Assembly (NCBI GenBank): GCA_046483305.1
Contig: JAWODM010000040.1
Span: 1-33,396 of the forward strand
DNA: 33,396 nt
Source of the DNA: Candidatus Krumholzibacteriales bacterium
GTDB taxonomy: Bacteria > Krumholzibacteriota > Krumholzibacteriia > Krumholzibacteriales > WJIX01
Reading direction: 5' to 3'
Shown: positions 1 through 8,962 of the stretch, piece by piece
How positions within the stretch are numbered: the first letter of the stretch is position 1
Layout: each line of letters starts with the position of its first letter
Position numbers and translations under genes: made by a program
The notes under the pieces: model-generated
Seen by the model: only the letters and a program-made list of their open reading frames with translations
Database searches by the model: none
Told to the model about the DNA's origin: nothing

Positions 1-1
1 T

Positions 2-295
2 ATATTCATGACCGTTCTCGGTAATATCCCGATAGGAAGTATCGTAAAACTCAACAGCGGAGAGATAGCAGTAGTAGTGGACATAAATGAATATGAAGAG
101 GATTATCCGGTAGTACGCCTGCTGAAGGACGAGGAAGGCTGCCGGGTAAATCTGGAGGTTCTGGTTGACCTCAGCGAGAAGAATCCGGTTACCGGAGAGC
201 CGGTGAGATATATCGATTCGGTTATGGATAGCCCGGTGAGGGAGATTGATATAGGCTCGTACCTGTCGGGCAGGGAGCTTTCGATTACAAGCTGA
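2..295 (+). CDS. C-terminal fragment of a probable HD-GYP domain (c-di-GMP phosphodiesterase-type) protein; 5' end lies outside the window
   Basis: Frame is open from the window start. IFMTVLGNIPIGSIVKLNSGEIAVVV...YPVVRLLKD resembles the F-x4-G-x2-P-x-G-S-x-V-x-L-x2-GE-x-A-VV tail typical after HD-GYP domains. The catalytic domain itself is not visible. Confidence 0.65.
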   Translation: MFMTVLGNIPIGSIVKLNSGEIAVVVDINEYEEDYPVVRLLKDEEGCRVNLEVLVDLSEKNPVTGEPVRYIDSVMDSPVREIDIGSYLSGRELSITS

Positions 296-296
296 T

Positions 297-335
297 CCTT
301 CCCGGCCGGACCCAGGCCGGATCCGGCCGTGAAGG
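297..335. terminator. GC-rich hairpin between convergent genes, possible bidirectional terminator
   Basis: CCTTC-C-CGGCCGGA (297-310) pairs with TCCGGCCG-T-GAAGG (322-335). It lies between the stops at 295 (+) and 371 (-). No strong U-tract. Confidence 0.45.
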
Positions 336-370
336 TTACATCTCCGGAATATACCGGAAGCCTTTCAAAA

Positions 371-769
371 CTAAATATTTAACGGTTTGCCTATCTGCTC
401 TATTCTGTCAAAAGCCGAACAGGTGAATGTAACATCTTCCAGGTTGGAATGGATTATGAATTCAACTGTTTTGCCCTTTGTGGGGTTTTCGCCGGTTCTG
501 GCTATTACGGTGCCGCCGTCGGTCGCCATGCACCATCCTTCAGGCGCATATACATTTATTACCGATTCGTCGGCATCGATTAGCTTAAGGCAGTATATAC
601 TTTCGCTCTGGGCGGTTAATCTGACTTTAATAATGAAATTGCCGTCTTCCATTTGACTGACATCCTTGCTCACTCTGAAAGCGTAAGCGAAAGTCGGGCT
701 GACGACAATAGCCAGGAGGAAAGCAGTTGCGAATAATGCCGCAGTGCGTTTTCTGTTGCTATGCCTCAT
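371..769 (-). CDS. Hypothetical secreted protein (Sec signal peptide, beta-strand-rich mature part)
   Basis: ORF track gives 371..784. The start was moved to ATG 769 because GGGAGA lies 7 nt upstream. MRHSNRKRTAALFATAFLLAIVVSPTFAYA is a basic n-region, a hydrophobic h-region and an AxA site. Confidence 0.7.
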   Translation of the reverse strand: MRHSNRKRTAALFATAFLLAIVVSPTFAYAFRVSKDVSQMEDGNFIIKVRLTAQSESIYCLKLIDADESVINVYAPEGWCMATDGGTVIARTGENPTKGKTVEFIIHSNLEDVTFTCSAFDRIEQIGKPLNI

Positions 770-1161
770 TTTGTTGTCTCCCATTAAGATAAACTGTTCA
801 GTTAATTTATTTTCTAAGCAGGGAAAAAATACTGCTCATCGTATTTAATTATACCATAGAAAAGGGGAGCTTGTCGAGGGGGTGAAATGCTCTTTGACAG
901 GTCCTGATGGAAGCTCTCGAATAATATGGCGTGGAATGCTCTGCCCTTTGCAACGTATCATATTAATATATATGTAATTATATGGGCATGAAGCTGGAAG
1001 GTAATTCAATATCCGAGCGTAAGGAATTCAAATATTTAGTATGTGCCGGGATAAAATATTTCTGGCATAATACTTTCATGAATTATAAATTCCGTAATTA
1101 CGGATATCAGACTCTAATTTTCAGGGACAGGCCATCAGAGCGTAGACAGGAGCTGCTCTTA

Positions 1162-1536
1162 TTGAAGAAGATTCTTATAGTAGATGATGAAGTGCACCTG
1201 GTTAAGATACTTGAATTTACACTGCAACATGCTGGATATGAAGTGATTTCATGCGGCAACGGAACCGACGCTGTTGAGAAGGTGGTATCTGAAAGGCCCG
1301 ACCTTGTTATACTGGACCTGATGCTCCCGGGGCTCGATGGTTACGAAGTCTGCCGGAGAATCAAGAACGACCACGAATTGCGCGGGATTCCCGTAATAAT
1401 GCTTTCTGCCAGGGATTACAGGGAAGAAGGGCTGGAGCATTCACTTCCCGCGGATGCTTTCATGAGAAAACCCTTTAATACTGATAACCTGATAAAGACC
1501 ATAGAAAGGCTTACCGGCGGAGATTCTTCCTGTTAA
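1162..1536 (+). CDS. Single-domain response regulator (CheY-like receiver)
   Basis: KKILIVDDE...PDLVILDLMLPGLDG...VIMLSA...MRKPF are the receiver motifs. TTG start at 1162 with AGGAG at 1148-1152. The longer 982 start is an AT-rich promoter-region extension. Confidence 0.92.
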   Translation: MKKILIVDDEVHLVKILEFTLQHAGYEVISCGNGTDAVEKVVSERPDLVILDLMLPGLDGYEVCRRIKNDHELRGIPVIMLSARDYREEGLEHSLPADAFMRKPFNTDNLIKTIERLTGGDSSC

Positions 1537-1585
1537 CAGGCTCTGTCCCGAAGGGCCAGAAAGAGCGAGCCCGAGGGAGGCGGTA

Positions 1586-1623
1586 GCTGCGGTTTCCCCG
1601 CCGGGAAAGCCGACAGCGGTTTT
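1586..1623 (+). terminator. Putative intrinsic terminator/hairpin between convergent genes
   Basis: GCTG-CGGTTTCCC / GGGAAAGCCG-A-CAGC stem followed by GGTTTT. Confidence 0.45.
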
Positions 1624-1643
1624 GAAATTATCAATCGGCTATT

Positions 1644-2285
1644 TCAGTTAGGCTGAAGGAAAATGCCGTCCTTTTTCTCATTTTGAGAATCGCCAGCTTT
1701 ATCTTCTGCTTCGGCTCCGCTTTCGATTCCGAGGAAAATCTTCTTATTCTTTACCATTTTCCCAAGAAGCTCCTGAAGTTCCTGATTCTTTCCGCTGGCG
1801 CTCATTTCCAGGCATTTACCAAGCCGCTCGATTTCCGAGGCTTCCTTTTTCCTCAAACCGGAGAGCATCATATTATGGGCTGAAGATATATAGCTGAACC
1901 CTTCATTCGGATCTATACTCCCTCTTTCCGGGAGCGAACCCCCGGCAATCTCATTCATCGATTTTCCGATCCTGCCGATATTGTTAAAGACCCTGTTAGC
2001 TATAAGCTTGTTAAGAAGCAGAATGGAAGCTATTATAATAACCAACAGGCCGAAAGTATTCATCAGCAGGTGGCTCTTGAGCTGATCTACCACCGGTGCC
2101 AGCTCAGGTATCTGCCGGGCAATGGCGGAACTGTTCGATATAAAGGCGAAATAGAAGGATAAGCCGAACGCCGCCGCCACCACCAGAGTGCTGAGGCCGA
2201 TCATGAGACCGATCCTTTTTTTCAGCGTGGATATCGTTGAATCGGTGATATTGCCTGCCGAAGGTGTGTATTTATAGTTAACCAT
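1644..2285 (-). CDS. Membrane protein with two TM helices and a degenerate HAMP-like segment, no output domain
   Basis: Hydrophobic stretches IGLMIGLSTLVVAAAFGLSFYFAFI and TFGLLVIIIASILLL. They are followed by IGRIGKSMNEIAGGSLP...EGFSYISSAHNMMLSGLR, a HAMP-like pattern. RBS GGGGAGA upstream. Confidence 0.65.
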   Translation of the reverse strand: MVNYKYTPSAGNITDSTISTLKKRIGLMIGLSTLVVAAAFGLSFYFAFISNSSAIARQIPELAPVVDQLKSHLLMNTFGLLVIIIASILLLNKLIANRVFNNIGRIGKSMNEIAGGSLPERGSIDPNEGFSYISSAHNMMLSGLRKKEASEIERLGKCLEMSASGKNQELQELLGKMVKNKKIFLGIESGAEAEDKAGDSQNEKKDGIFLQPN

Positions 2286-2356
2286 GATATACTTCTCCCC
2301 TATTAAGAGTTTATTTTCATACTGACATCAAAAATTATGCCATTAATGCCTTTGAA

Positions 2357-3151
2357 TCAGTCTGAATGGAAGTATTTCAGCGCCGACTCGAACTCAGAGG
2401 GGTCTATCAGGGTATTCTTGCAGGGACCCCGGGGGCGCTTGTTAGGGATGCCGATAACCGGTATTTCGCCGGAAACAAACTGTATCCCCGAGAGCAGGTC
2501 TCTCTCGCAGGCTACCGCGATAATAGCCCTTGGAGAGATTTTCTTTACCAGCTTCCTTGCCGCTGAACCCCCCGCGGTTGAATAGTACACCACATCATCG
2601 GGGTATTTCTCGCAGCTCTCTTTAATCTGCTTCATTATTTTCTTTTCCAGGCACCTGGGGAGAAGCACAAGCAGCTTCCCTTCCCGGTCCGGATTAAAGG
2701 CCAGGCTGTTGCTTACCATGATGAAAGAGTGCCCCAGCCGGTCACCGGATATTCCCAGAAAAGAGGCCAGCTTCATGACATGTGGAAGAAGAAAGAAGAG
2801 CAGCCGGTTCTTTCTATCCAGGCAGATTCGCAGATAACGGTTACGGTAAATAATTTTCAGGGCCAGTATGACGTACCAGCAAACCAGCACCATAGCCAGG
2901 ACAATAACAGCCGCCGTTATTACGGCAGCCCAGAATGAGCCGAACAGTTTGAAGCGGGGAAGTACCAGGTATAGAAAAAGCAGGGAGATAAGTACCAGCC
3001 CCGCCAGGATCAATGACGAAAGCATCAGGAATGTCCTGCGGCTTTCGGTGATCTCTTCTTCGATGACCTCCCCGTCCCAGTCCTGCCACTCGTCTCCCAG
3101 TACTCGCCTGTCCTTCCGGGGACCCATTTGTGAATTATTGTCTTTATTCAT
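2357..3151 (-). CDS. DUF116 family membrane protein
   Basis: Two N-terminal TM helices, then LLPRCL...C...GGSAARK...AIIAVACERDL...PVIGIPNKRPRGPCKNT, the DUF116 Cys pattern. Confidence 0.82.
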   Translation of the reverse strand: MNKDNNSQMGPRKDRRVLGDEWQDWDGEVIEEEITESRRTFLMLSSLILAGLVLISLLFLYLVLPRFKLFGSFWAAVITAAVIVLAMVLVCWYVILALKIIYRNRYLRICLDRKNRLLFFLLPHVMKLASFLGISGDRLGHSFIMVSNSLAFNPDREGKLLVLLPRCLEKKIMKQIKESCEKYPDDVVYYSTAGGSAARKLVKKISPRAIIAVACERDLLSGIQFVSGEIPVIGIPNKRPRGPCKNTLIDPSEFESALKYFHSD

Positions 3152-3278
3152 TCTTCTGGCCGGAGAATCAATGTGCCGGCCGGGTTGTATTCAAGGAACT
3201 ATTTGTTTGAATCTATCCGAATACTGTGTACTATTCAATAATAATTATTGGCCTCAGGTTCCAAAGGCGAATTATACT

Positions 3279-4154
3279 ATGAAAGTCAGACTGATACTGA
3301 TAACGGGAATAATTTCGGTTTCCTTCGCTGCTTCCTTTATACGGCTTGCTGACGGGCCGCCGGCGGCAGTCGCGGCTCTCAGGCTGATCTTCGCTTCCGC
3401 GATGCTCATGCCCGCGCTGCTGTTTTCCGGAAAACTCAGGAAAGAGATAAGATCATTCTCGACTACCGATATTTTGTTCATGCTGCTTTCGAGCTTTTTC
3501 CTGGCGCTGCATTTCATCTCCTGGATTACTTCTCTGTATTTCACCAGTATAACCAGCAGTGTGGTTCTGGTAACGCTCTCCCCGGTCTTCATAACAGTTT
3601 ATTCGGTACTGGTGTTCAGAGAAAGAATGAATTCCAGATTCTGGGCGGGGCTTCTGGTAGCGCTGGCCGGATGCTTCATCCTGGGCAGCGGAGATCTGAA
3701 AGCGGGGCGGTGGAATATCAGAGGCGATATTCTGGCGCTGGCCGGAGCGGTTGCGGTGGCAGGATATTTCCTGATTGGAAGCAGGCTCAGAGAGAAAGTT
3801 TCGCTTCTTGGTTATATAATTCCGGTATATTCATTCGCTGCGGTATTTCTTGCCGGGTTCGCTCTCCTGTCCGGAGTCTCCCTGCTGGGGGCGGGAAGGG
3901 ATACTTACCTGTACTGCTTCCTGATGGCGCTGATATGCCAGCTGACGGGGCACTCATCCTTTAACTGGGCGCTGAAGAGGCTCAAGGCCCCAATTGCAAC
4001 AATCGCGATAATAGGAGAACCTGTTGGAGCAAGTATCATAGCCTATTTCCTGGTTGGTTCGGTACCCACCGCCAGCGAGGCGGCGGGAGGAGGGATTATA
4101 CTGGCCGGTATAGTGATGATACTCTATAAGAACAATGCCGCACTTGTTAAATAG
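3279..4154 (+). CDS. DMT/EamA family transporter
   Basis: About 10 hydrophobic segments with EamA motifs (SFAASFIR, AALRL, FLALHFISWITSL, GDILALAGA, GHSSFNWALK, GEPVGA). Start reassigned to ATG 3279, because the 2868 start overlaps DUF116 antisense. Confidence 0.9.
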   Translation: MKVRLILITGIISVSFAASFIRLADGPPAAVAALRLIFASAMLMPALLFSGKLRKEIRSFSTTDILFMLLSSFFLALHFISWITSLYFTSITSSVVLVTLSPVFITVYSVLVFRERMNSRFWAGLLVALAGCFILGSGDLKAGRWNIRGDILALAGAVAVAGYFLIGSRLREKVSLLGYIIPVYSFAAVFLAGFALLSGVSLLGAGRDTYLYCFLMALICQLTGHSSFNWALKRLKAPIATIAIIGEPVGASIIAYFLVGSVPTASEAAGGGIILAGIVMILYKNNAALVK

Positions 4155-4178
4155 CGGTTCCCCAGCCGGAGGATGTTC

Positions 4179-5324
4179 TCATTTCTGGATTTTTCTCCTG
4201 AGCTGTTCGGCTCGTTCAAGATAACTTTCCTGCCCTTTCCAGTTCTCGATGAATTCACTTAAAGCTGAGTAAGCCTTCTCTGTCTCCGACATTTCATAGT
4301 AAGCCACTCCAAGGTAATACAGGAACAGGCCGGGGTCGCTCTTCTTTTCGACCGCATAATTCAGTGCGGCGGCCGCTTCCTTCGGTCTATCCACATTGAG
4401 AAGGACTATCCCTGTTTTGCCGGCGATTTCTGCCGTCTCCCCGTCACATTCCCTGGCCCGGTTGAATGCCTCCAGGGCTTCTTCCCAGTTCTTTTCCTCC
4501 ATCCGGAGATTGCCCAGCAGAGACCAGGCTTCACAGAAATTATCATCGAGGTACACAGATTTCTGGGCGTACATTCTGGCCTTGTCGTAATCTCTCATTT
4601 TCATGGAGGCCAACCCCAGGTACAGGTAAATTTCCGGGCTTGAATAACCCAGAGAATTAGAATCGGCAAGTGTCTTAAGCGCATCCGAATACATCCGCCG
4701 GTGGTACATTGTCTTTCCCAGAACAAAGAGAAGCTCCTGGTCCGCGGTATCTCTGAGGGGGGCAATCTGCATGTAGGCGTCCGCGTAATTTCCCTGCCTG
4801 AAAAGTGATTCGGCAAGAAGGGTATTGGCCCTGATACTTCCGGGCGATAGCCTGAGGGCGATGGAGGAGTACTTTTCGGCCGTCTCCGGATTGTCCTGTT
4901 CCAGAGCGCATTCGGCGACTCCAAGATATGGAGGTACGTAATTCTGCTTCAGCTTTATGGCCATCTTATAACTCTGCTTCGCAGCGATTATCTTATCCTG
5001 GCCCTGCAGAGCCACTCCCAGTTTGTAATGAGCGACCGGATCTCCCTTTCTGTATCCGATGGAATTTCTGAAACTCTGTTCAGCTTTTTCATACTGCCTC
5101 ATTTCAAGGTACGCGACCCCCATGTTGAAATGAGTGTCCGGGTCGTTTTCCCTGTATTGCAGGGAATTTTTCCATAGTTCAACCGCTTTCTTCAGGTTGC
5201 CGTCGCCGGCCGCGGTAATCCCTTCGTTATAATAATTAATTGCCTTATCGGAGCAGGATATCACCGAAAGAGCCAGTATAAGAGTTATGAATGTCACCGT
5301 CGCGGACCTGGTAATATTTTTCAT
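4179..5324 (-). CDS. Tetratricopeptide-repeat lipoprotein
   Basis: MKNITRS...LILALSVIS-C lipobox. Repeated TPR helices (HFNMGVAY, HYKLGVAL, YLYLGLA, WSLLGNL, YYLGVAYY). Start at 5324 follows a G-rich RBS. Confidence 0.85.
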   Translation of the reverse strand: MKNITRSATVTFITLILALSVISCSDKAINYYNEGITAAGDGNLKKAVELWKNSLQYRENDPDTHFNMGVAYLEMRQYEKAEQSFRNSIGYRKGDPVAHYKLGVALQGQDKIIAAKQSYKMAIKLKQNYVPPYLGVAECALEQDNPETAEKYSSIALRLSPGSIRANTLLAESLFRQGNYADAYMQIAPLRDTADQELLFVLGKTMYHRRMYSDALKTLADSNSLGYSSPEIYLYLGLASMKMRDYDKARMYAQKSVYLDDNFCEAWSLLGNLRMEEKNWEEALEAFNRARECDGETAEIAGKTGIVLLNVDRPKEAAAALNYAVEKKSDPGLFLYYLGVAYYEMSETEKAYSALSEFIENWKGQESYLERAEQLRRKIQK

Positions 5325-5449
5325 TTTCGCCCCCCTTTTAATTAAAGTAGCATTTTTAATATACAAGAATCCTGCCCTCCACGCAGGTGAAAATTTGTGT
5401 AAAGGGGGAACTGGCCGTTTGCCACCCGCCGCCGCGGTTCACAAGCATC

Positions 5450-5480
5450 TTGACAACCCCTGATTATCTTTATATAGATT
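5450..5480 (+). promoter_or_regulatory. Putative sigma-70 promoter for hypBCD
   Basis: Perfect TTGACA at 5450-5455 and a TATATAGATT -10 region at 5471-5480. The exact -10 register is ambiguous. Confidence 0.5.
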
Positions 5481-5614
5481 ATGTTGACCGCGGTGCGGCC
5501 GGCGCCGCTGGAAGCTGCCCCGTGAGAGCGAGCCCTATAGATGAATTTTCATATAACTGAATACTGTTCGTTAATTGAGAGTAAAACGTTGCCGATTCGG
5601 ATGGAGGCGATAAG

Positions 5615-6274
5615 ATGCACCAGATAAATGTCGGTGAAGATATCATGGAACGCAACAGGGAGATAGCCGCCGAAAACAGTGAAATGCTCCGAAGGAACAG
5701 AGTGGTGTCGGTGAATATAATGAGCGCCCCGGGAGCAGGGAAGACCTCATTGCTGGTAAGCTCTCTGCCCCGGCTGATGGCAAATCACAGAGTTGCGGTT
5801 ATAGAAGGGGATGTGCAGACTACCAGGGACGCGGACCGGGTTTCCGCGACAGGATCCGAGGTTTTCCAGATCCAGACCGGCGGCGCCTGCCATCTTGACG
5901 CAGCGATGGTTCACCGGGCTCTTCACCAGCTGGATCTTGAGAACATCGACCTTATCCTGATAGAGAATGTGGGGAATCTGGTCTGCCCGGCTGAATTCGA
6001 ACTGGGAGTGGATGCCAGGGTAATGCTGCTGAGCGTAACCGAGGGCGATGATAAACCTGCCAAATACCCCCTGATGTTTTTGGAATCATCCCTTCTGATA
6101 TTGAATAAGATAGATATAATAGAGCATGTGGATTTCGATATTGAAAGGGCTCGGAACGAAGCCCGGGAGATCAATCCGGATATCGAGGTGATGGAGGTAT
6201 CCTGCAGGACCGGTGAAGGGATAGATAATTGGGTGAAGTGGGTGGGCCGTCTTTTTGAAGAAAGCGGGAAGTAG
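5615..6274 (+). CDS. hypB: Hydrogenase nickel incorporation GTPase HypB
   Basis: P-loop SAPGAGKT, IEGD, TGGACHLDA, ENVGNLVCPAEF, EGDDKPAKYP, NKID. RBS GGAGG. Confidence 0.96.
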   Translation: MHQINVGEDIMERNREIAAENSEMLRRNRVVSVNIMSAPGAGKTSLLVSSLPRLMANHRVAVIEGDVQTTRDADRVSATGSEVFQIQTGGACHLDAAMVHRALHQLDLENIDLILIENVGNLVCPAEFELGVDARVMLLSVTEGDDKPAKYPLMFLESSLLILNKIDIIEHVDFDIERARNEAREINPDIEVMEVSCRTGEGIDNWVKWVGRLFEESGK

Positions 6275-6276
6275 CC

Positions 6277-6537
6277 ATGTGCCTGGGTATTCCGATGAAG
6301 GTTGCTGAAATAGAGGGGAATGACGCGGTTGCGGAAGCCGGAAGCGTCAGGAAGAATATAAGGCTGGATCTCCTGGATGATGTGGCTATCGGCGATTATG
6401 TCCTCATACATACCGGTTACGCCATAGAAAAGATAGACCGTGAGGAAGCCCTGGAGACTATCGACCTGCTGAGGCAGGTGTATAAAGCCGGAAAGGATGC
6501 CGGGTTGAGAAGAGAGAGCCAGGATGAAGGAGACTGA
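6277..6537 (+). CDS. hypC: Hydrogenase maturation chaperone HypC
   Basis: N-terminal MCLGIP and GDYVLIHTGYAI motifs; lies between hypB and hypD. Confidence 0.96.
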   Translation: MCLGIPMKVAEIEGNDAVAEAGSVRKNIRLDLLDDVAIGDYVLIHTGYAIEKIDREEALETIDLLRQVYKAGKDAGLRRESQDEGD

Positions 6538-7615
6538 TTTCAGTTCTTCTTTCAGGGAGCCGGAGCTGGCCAGGGCGCTGGCGCGGGAACTGGCAGGGCT
6601 AAGGCCGCCTGATAAAGTCCAGCTGATGCATGTTTGCGGAACCCACGAACATTCCATTGCCAGAGCGGGGATAAGGACTTTTCTGGACAGCGGGGTAAGG
6701 CTGGTGGCGGGGCCGGGATGCCCGGTCTGCGTCTGCCCGGCCGGGGATATAGGCATGGCCATGCAGGCAGCCCGCCGTGACGATGTAATACTTACCACTT
6801 TCGGGGATATGTTCAGGGTTCCGTCTTCGGATACTTCCCTGGAGAGGCTGAGGGCCTCCGGCTCGGATATAAGAGTGGTATATTCCCCCTTCGATTCGGT
6901 GAGGACAGCCAGGGAAAATCCTGATAAGGAAGTGGTCTTCATGGCGGTGGGTTTTGAGACTACCGCTGCTCCTATCGCCGCGGCGTGCGCTTCGGCGCCG
7001 CCAGGCAACTTCTCGATCCTGCCGTCGATACGGCTGATCCCGCCTGCTCTGAGGTTCCTGCTGGAAAGGAGCGAGGGAGCCATAGACGGCTTCATACTTC
7101 CGGGGCATGTAAGCACGGTGCTGGGAAGAACCGGCTATCTGTTCCTGGAGGAATATGGAATACCTTCGGCGATTGCCGGATTTGAACCGGTGGATATACT
7201 GAACGCCTTAATCGACCTGATAAAACAGTTAATCTCAAATGATACGGGCAGGGTCAAGAATCTATATCCACGGGTGGTCAGGGAAGAGGGTAATGTCAAA
7301 GCGAGAAAGATAATCAGTGAAGTATTTGAGGAAAGGGATTCCAACTGGCGCGGGATAGGTGAAATTCCTGAGTCGGGACTCCGGTTGAGGAATAAATACG
7401 GCTGGTTGGACGCCGCCGGAAAGTTCGGGCTGGAATATGACAGGGAGGCGGTTGATATTCTGCCAGGGTGTCTATGCCACAAGGTTATTCTGGGAGAGGC
7501 TGAACCGGAAGAATGCGCTCTGTTCGGCGAGCGCTGCACTCCCGCATTCCCGTTCGGCCCATGCATGGTTTCCAGCGAAGGCACCTGCCGGGCCAGATAT
7601 ATCTATTCACGATGA
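6524..7615 (+). CDS. hypD: Hydrogenase maturation protein HypD
   Basis: CGTH, GPGCPVC, GFETT, PGHVS, GFEP and the C-terminal CxC...C...C...GPCMVSSEGTC motifs. Confidence 0.97.
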   Translation: MKETDFSSSFREPELARALARELAGLRPPDKVQLMHVCGTHEHSIARAGIRTFLDSGVRLVAGPGCPVCVCPAGDIGMAMQAARRDDVILTTFGDMFRVPSSDTSLERLRASGSDIRVVYSPFDSVRTARENPDKEVVFMAVGFETTAAPIAAACASAPPGNFSILPSIRLIPPALRFLLERSEGAIDGFILPGHVSTVLGRTGYLFLEEYGIPSAIAGFEPVDILNALIDLIKQLISNDTGRVKNLYPRVVREEGNVKARKIISEVFEERDSNWRGIGEIPESGLRLRNKYGWLDAAGKFGLEYDREAVDILPGCLCHKVILGEAEPEECALFGERCTPAFPFGPCMVSSEGTCRARYIYSR

Positions 7616-7639
7616 ACGGTTGATTTCATCCTGGAAATA

Positions 7640-7715
<76 letters not shown>

Positions 7716-7833
7716 CCGGGTGTGATACAATCCAATATATATATCAGCTGACAGAGTATTTTCAAGTTAATTCTGCTCACATCCGGAATCATGGAATGGA
7801 CCTTCCCCGTATGCAGATCGGTGACGCCGCCGG

Positions 7834-7849
7834 TGGCACAGTTTCTGCT
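7834..7849 (+). promoter_or_regulatory. Sigma-54 (RpoN) -24/-12 promoter upstream of the ABC-TPR-pilD block
   Basis: TGGCAC-AGTTT-CTGC-T has exact GG-N10-GC spacing and lies about 125 bp upstream of ATG 7973. Confidence 0.7.
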
Positions 7850-7972
7850 ATTCGTTATTAATGCATGAAATTTGAGCCGTAAGGTGAATAAATGGAAAAT
7901 CCGGCCGTATGGGGTGGTCAGACTCTGGCCGGATAGAGATGTAATTGAATTTAACAATATCAGGGTGATGCT

Positions 7973-8938
7973 ATGGATATTCTAAGCGTAGAAAATATCA
8001 GGAAATCGTTCAGCAGCGATCTCGCCAGAAAGAAATCGGAGGTTCTTCATGGGATATCGCTCCGGGCAACGGAAGGTGAGATACTTGGATTCCTGGGCCC
8101 CAACGGGGCCGGAAAAACAACCACTATCAAGATAATACTGGGCCTGATCAGGCCGGATTCCGGAACGGTCAGGATTATGGGAAGGGAGATCAGCGACCGG
8201 CATATCAAGAGAGTAATCGGATATATGCCGGAGAAGCCATATTTTTATAATCATCTTTCGCTTCGTGAATTCCTTGAATTCTGCGGGAGAATGAGCGGGA
8301 TGGATGAAGGGCTGATGGAGAAGAAGATATCAGAGCTGATAGAACTGGCCGGCCTGGCCGGCAACGAAAACAGGAAGCTGAAGGGTTTTTCGAAGGGTAT
8401 GACGCAGAGAGCGGGAATGATACAGGCAATTATGCATAATCCCGATCTGCTGATTCTGGATGAGCCGTTTTCCGGCCTGGACCCGCTGGGGAGAAAACTC
8501 ATCCGCGACATCCTCCTGAAGCTGAAGGATGAGGGCAAAACCATATTCTTCTCCTCTCATATACTGCCCGATATGGAAACCCTCTGTGACCGCACGGCTA
8601 TTATAAAGAAGGGCAGGGTAATAAGAGAGCTGGGTATCGGCGAATTGATAAAGTTTGGAGAGGGAAAGGTGGAGGTGAGGGCCAGGGGTTATAAGGGAAC
8701 GGATATTGAGAAGATATCTGACTACATAGATGATATTCAGCGGAATCGAGGGGATAGCATAATATCTGTAAAGAAGCAGGAGTACACCAGGACCGTTCTT
8801 ACCAGTATTCTTGACTGCGGTGCGGAGGTGATCAGCGTGGACACCAAACACCCCACTCTGGAGGATATCTTCATGGGAGAGATCGAAGCTGAGGAGAAGG
8901 TAATAACGGAAACAGAGAGGAAAGTAGAAACTGTTTAA
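7973..8938 (+). CDS. ABC transporter ATP-binding protein (pilus-associated, Myxococcus PilH / Geobacter Xap-like)
   Basis: Walker A GPNGAGKTT, signature FSKGM, Walker B ILDEP, SSH switch. Context is directly upstream of pilD and pilMNOPQ. Confidence 0.92.
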   Translation: MDILSVENIRKSFSSDLARKKSEVLHGISLRATEGEILGFLGPNGAGKTTTIKIILGLIRPDSGTVRIMGREISDRHIKRVIGYMPEKPYFYNHLSLREFLEFCGRMSGMDEGLMEKKISELIELAGLAGNENRKLKGFSKGMTQRAGMIQAIMHNPDLLILDEPFSGLDPLGRKLIRDILLKLKDEGKTIFFSSHILPDMETLCDRTAIIKKGRVIRELGIGELIKFGEGKVEVRARGYKGTDIEKISDYIDDIQRNRGDSIISVKKQEYTRTVLTSILDCGAEVISVDTKHPTLEDIFMGEIEAEEKVITETERKVETV

Positions 8939-8962
8939 ACATATTCGGGAGAGGTTGTACCT

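Noticed and set aside
1063..1078. Sigma-54-like TGGCAT-AATAC-TTTCA upstream of the response regulator
   Set aside because: The -24 half is good, but the highly conserved G of the -12 GC is T; not called without TSS data.
982..1161. N-terminal extension of the response regulator
   Set aside because: AT-rich promoter-like DNA; the RBS plus TTG at 1162 coincides with the receiver domain start.
2868..3278. 137-aa N-terminal extension of the EamA ORF
   Set aside because: Overlaps DUF116 antisense and the divergent promoter region; the EamA pattern starts at ATG 3279.
5481..5614. Nickel/cobalt riboswitch in the hypB leader
   Set aside because: I could not match the conserved NiCo core by eye; an Rfam/Infernal search would be needed.
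5923..7116. 397-aa minus-strand ORF
   Set aside because: Antisense to hypB/C/D; Ser-rich shadow composition.
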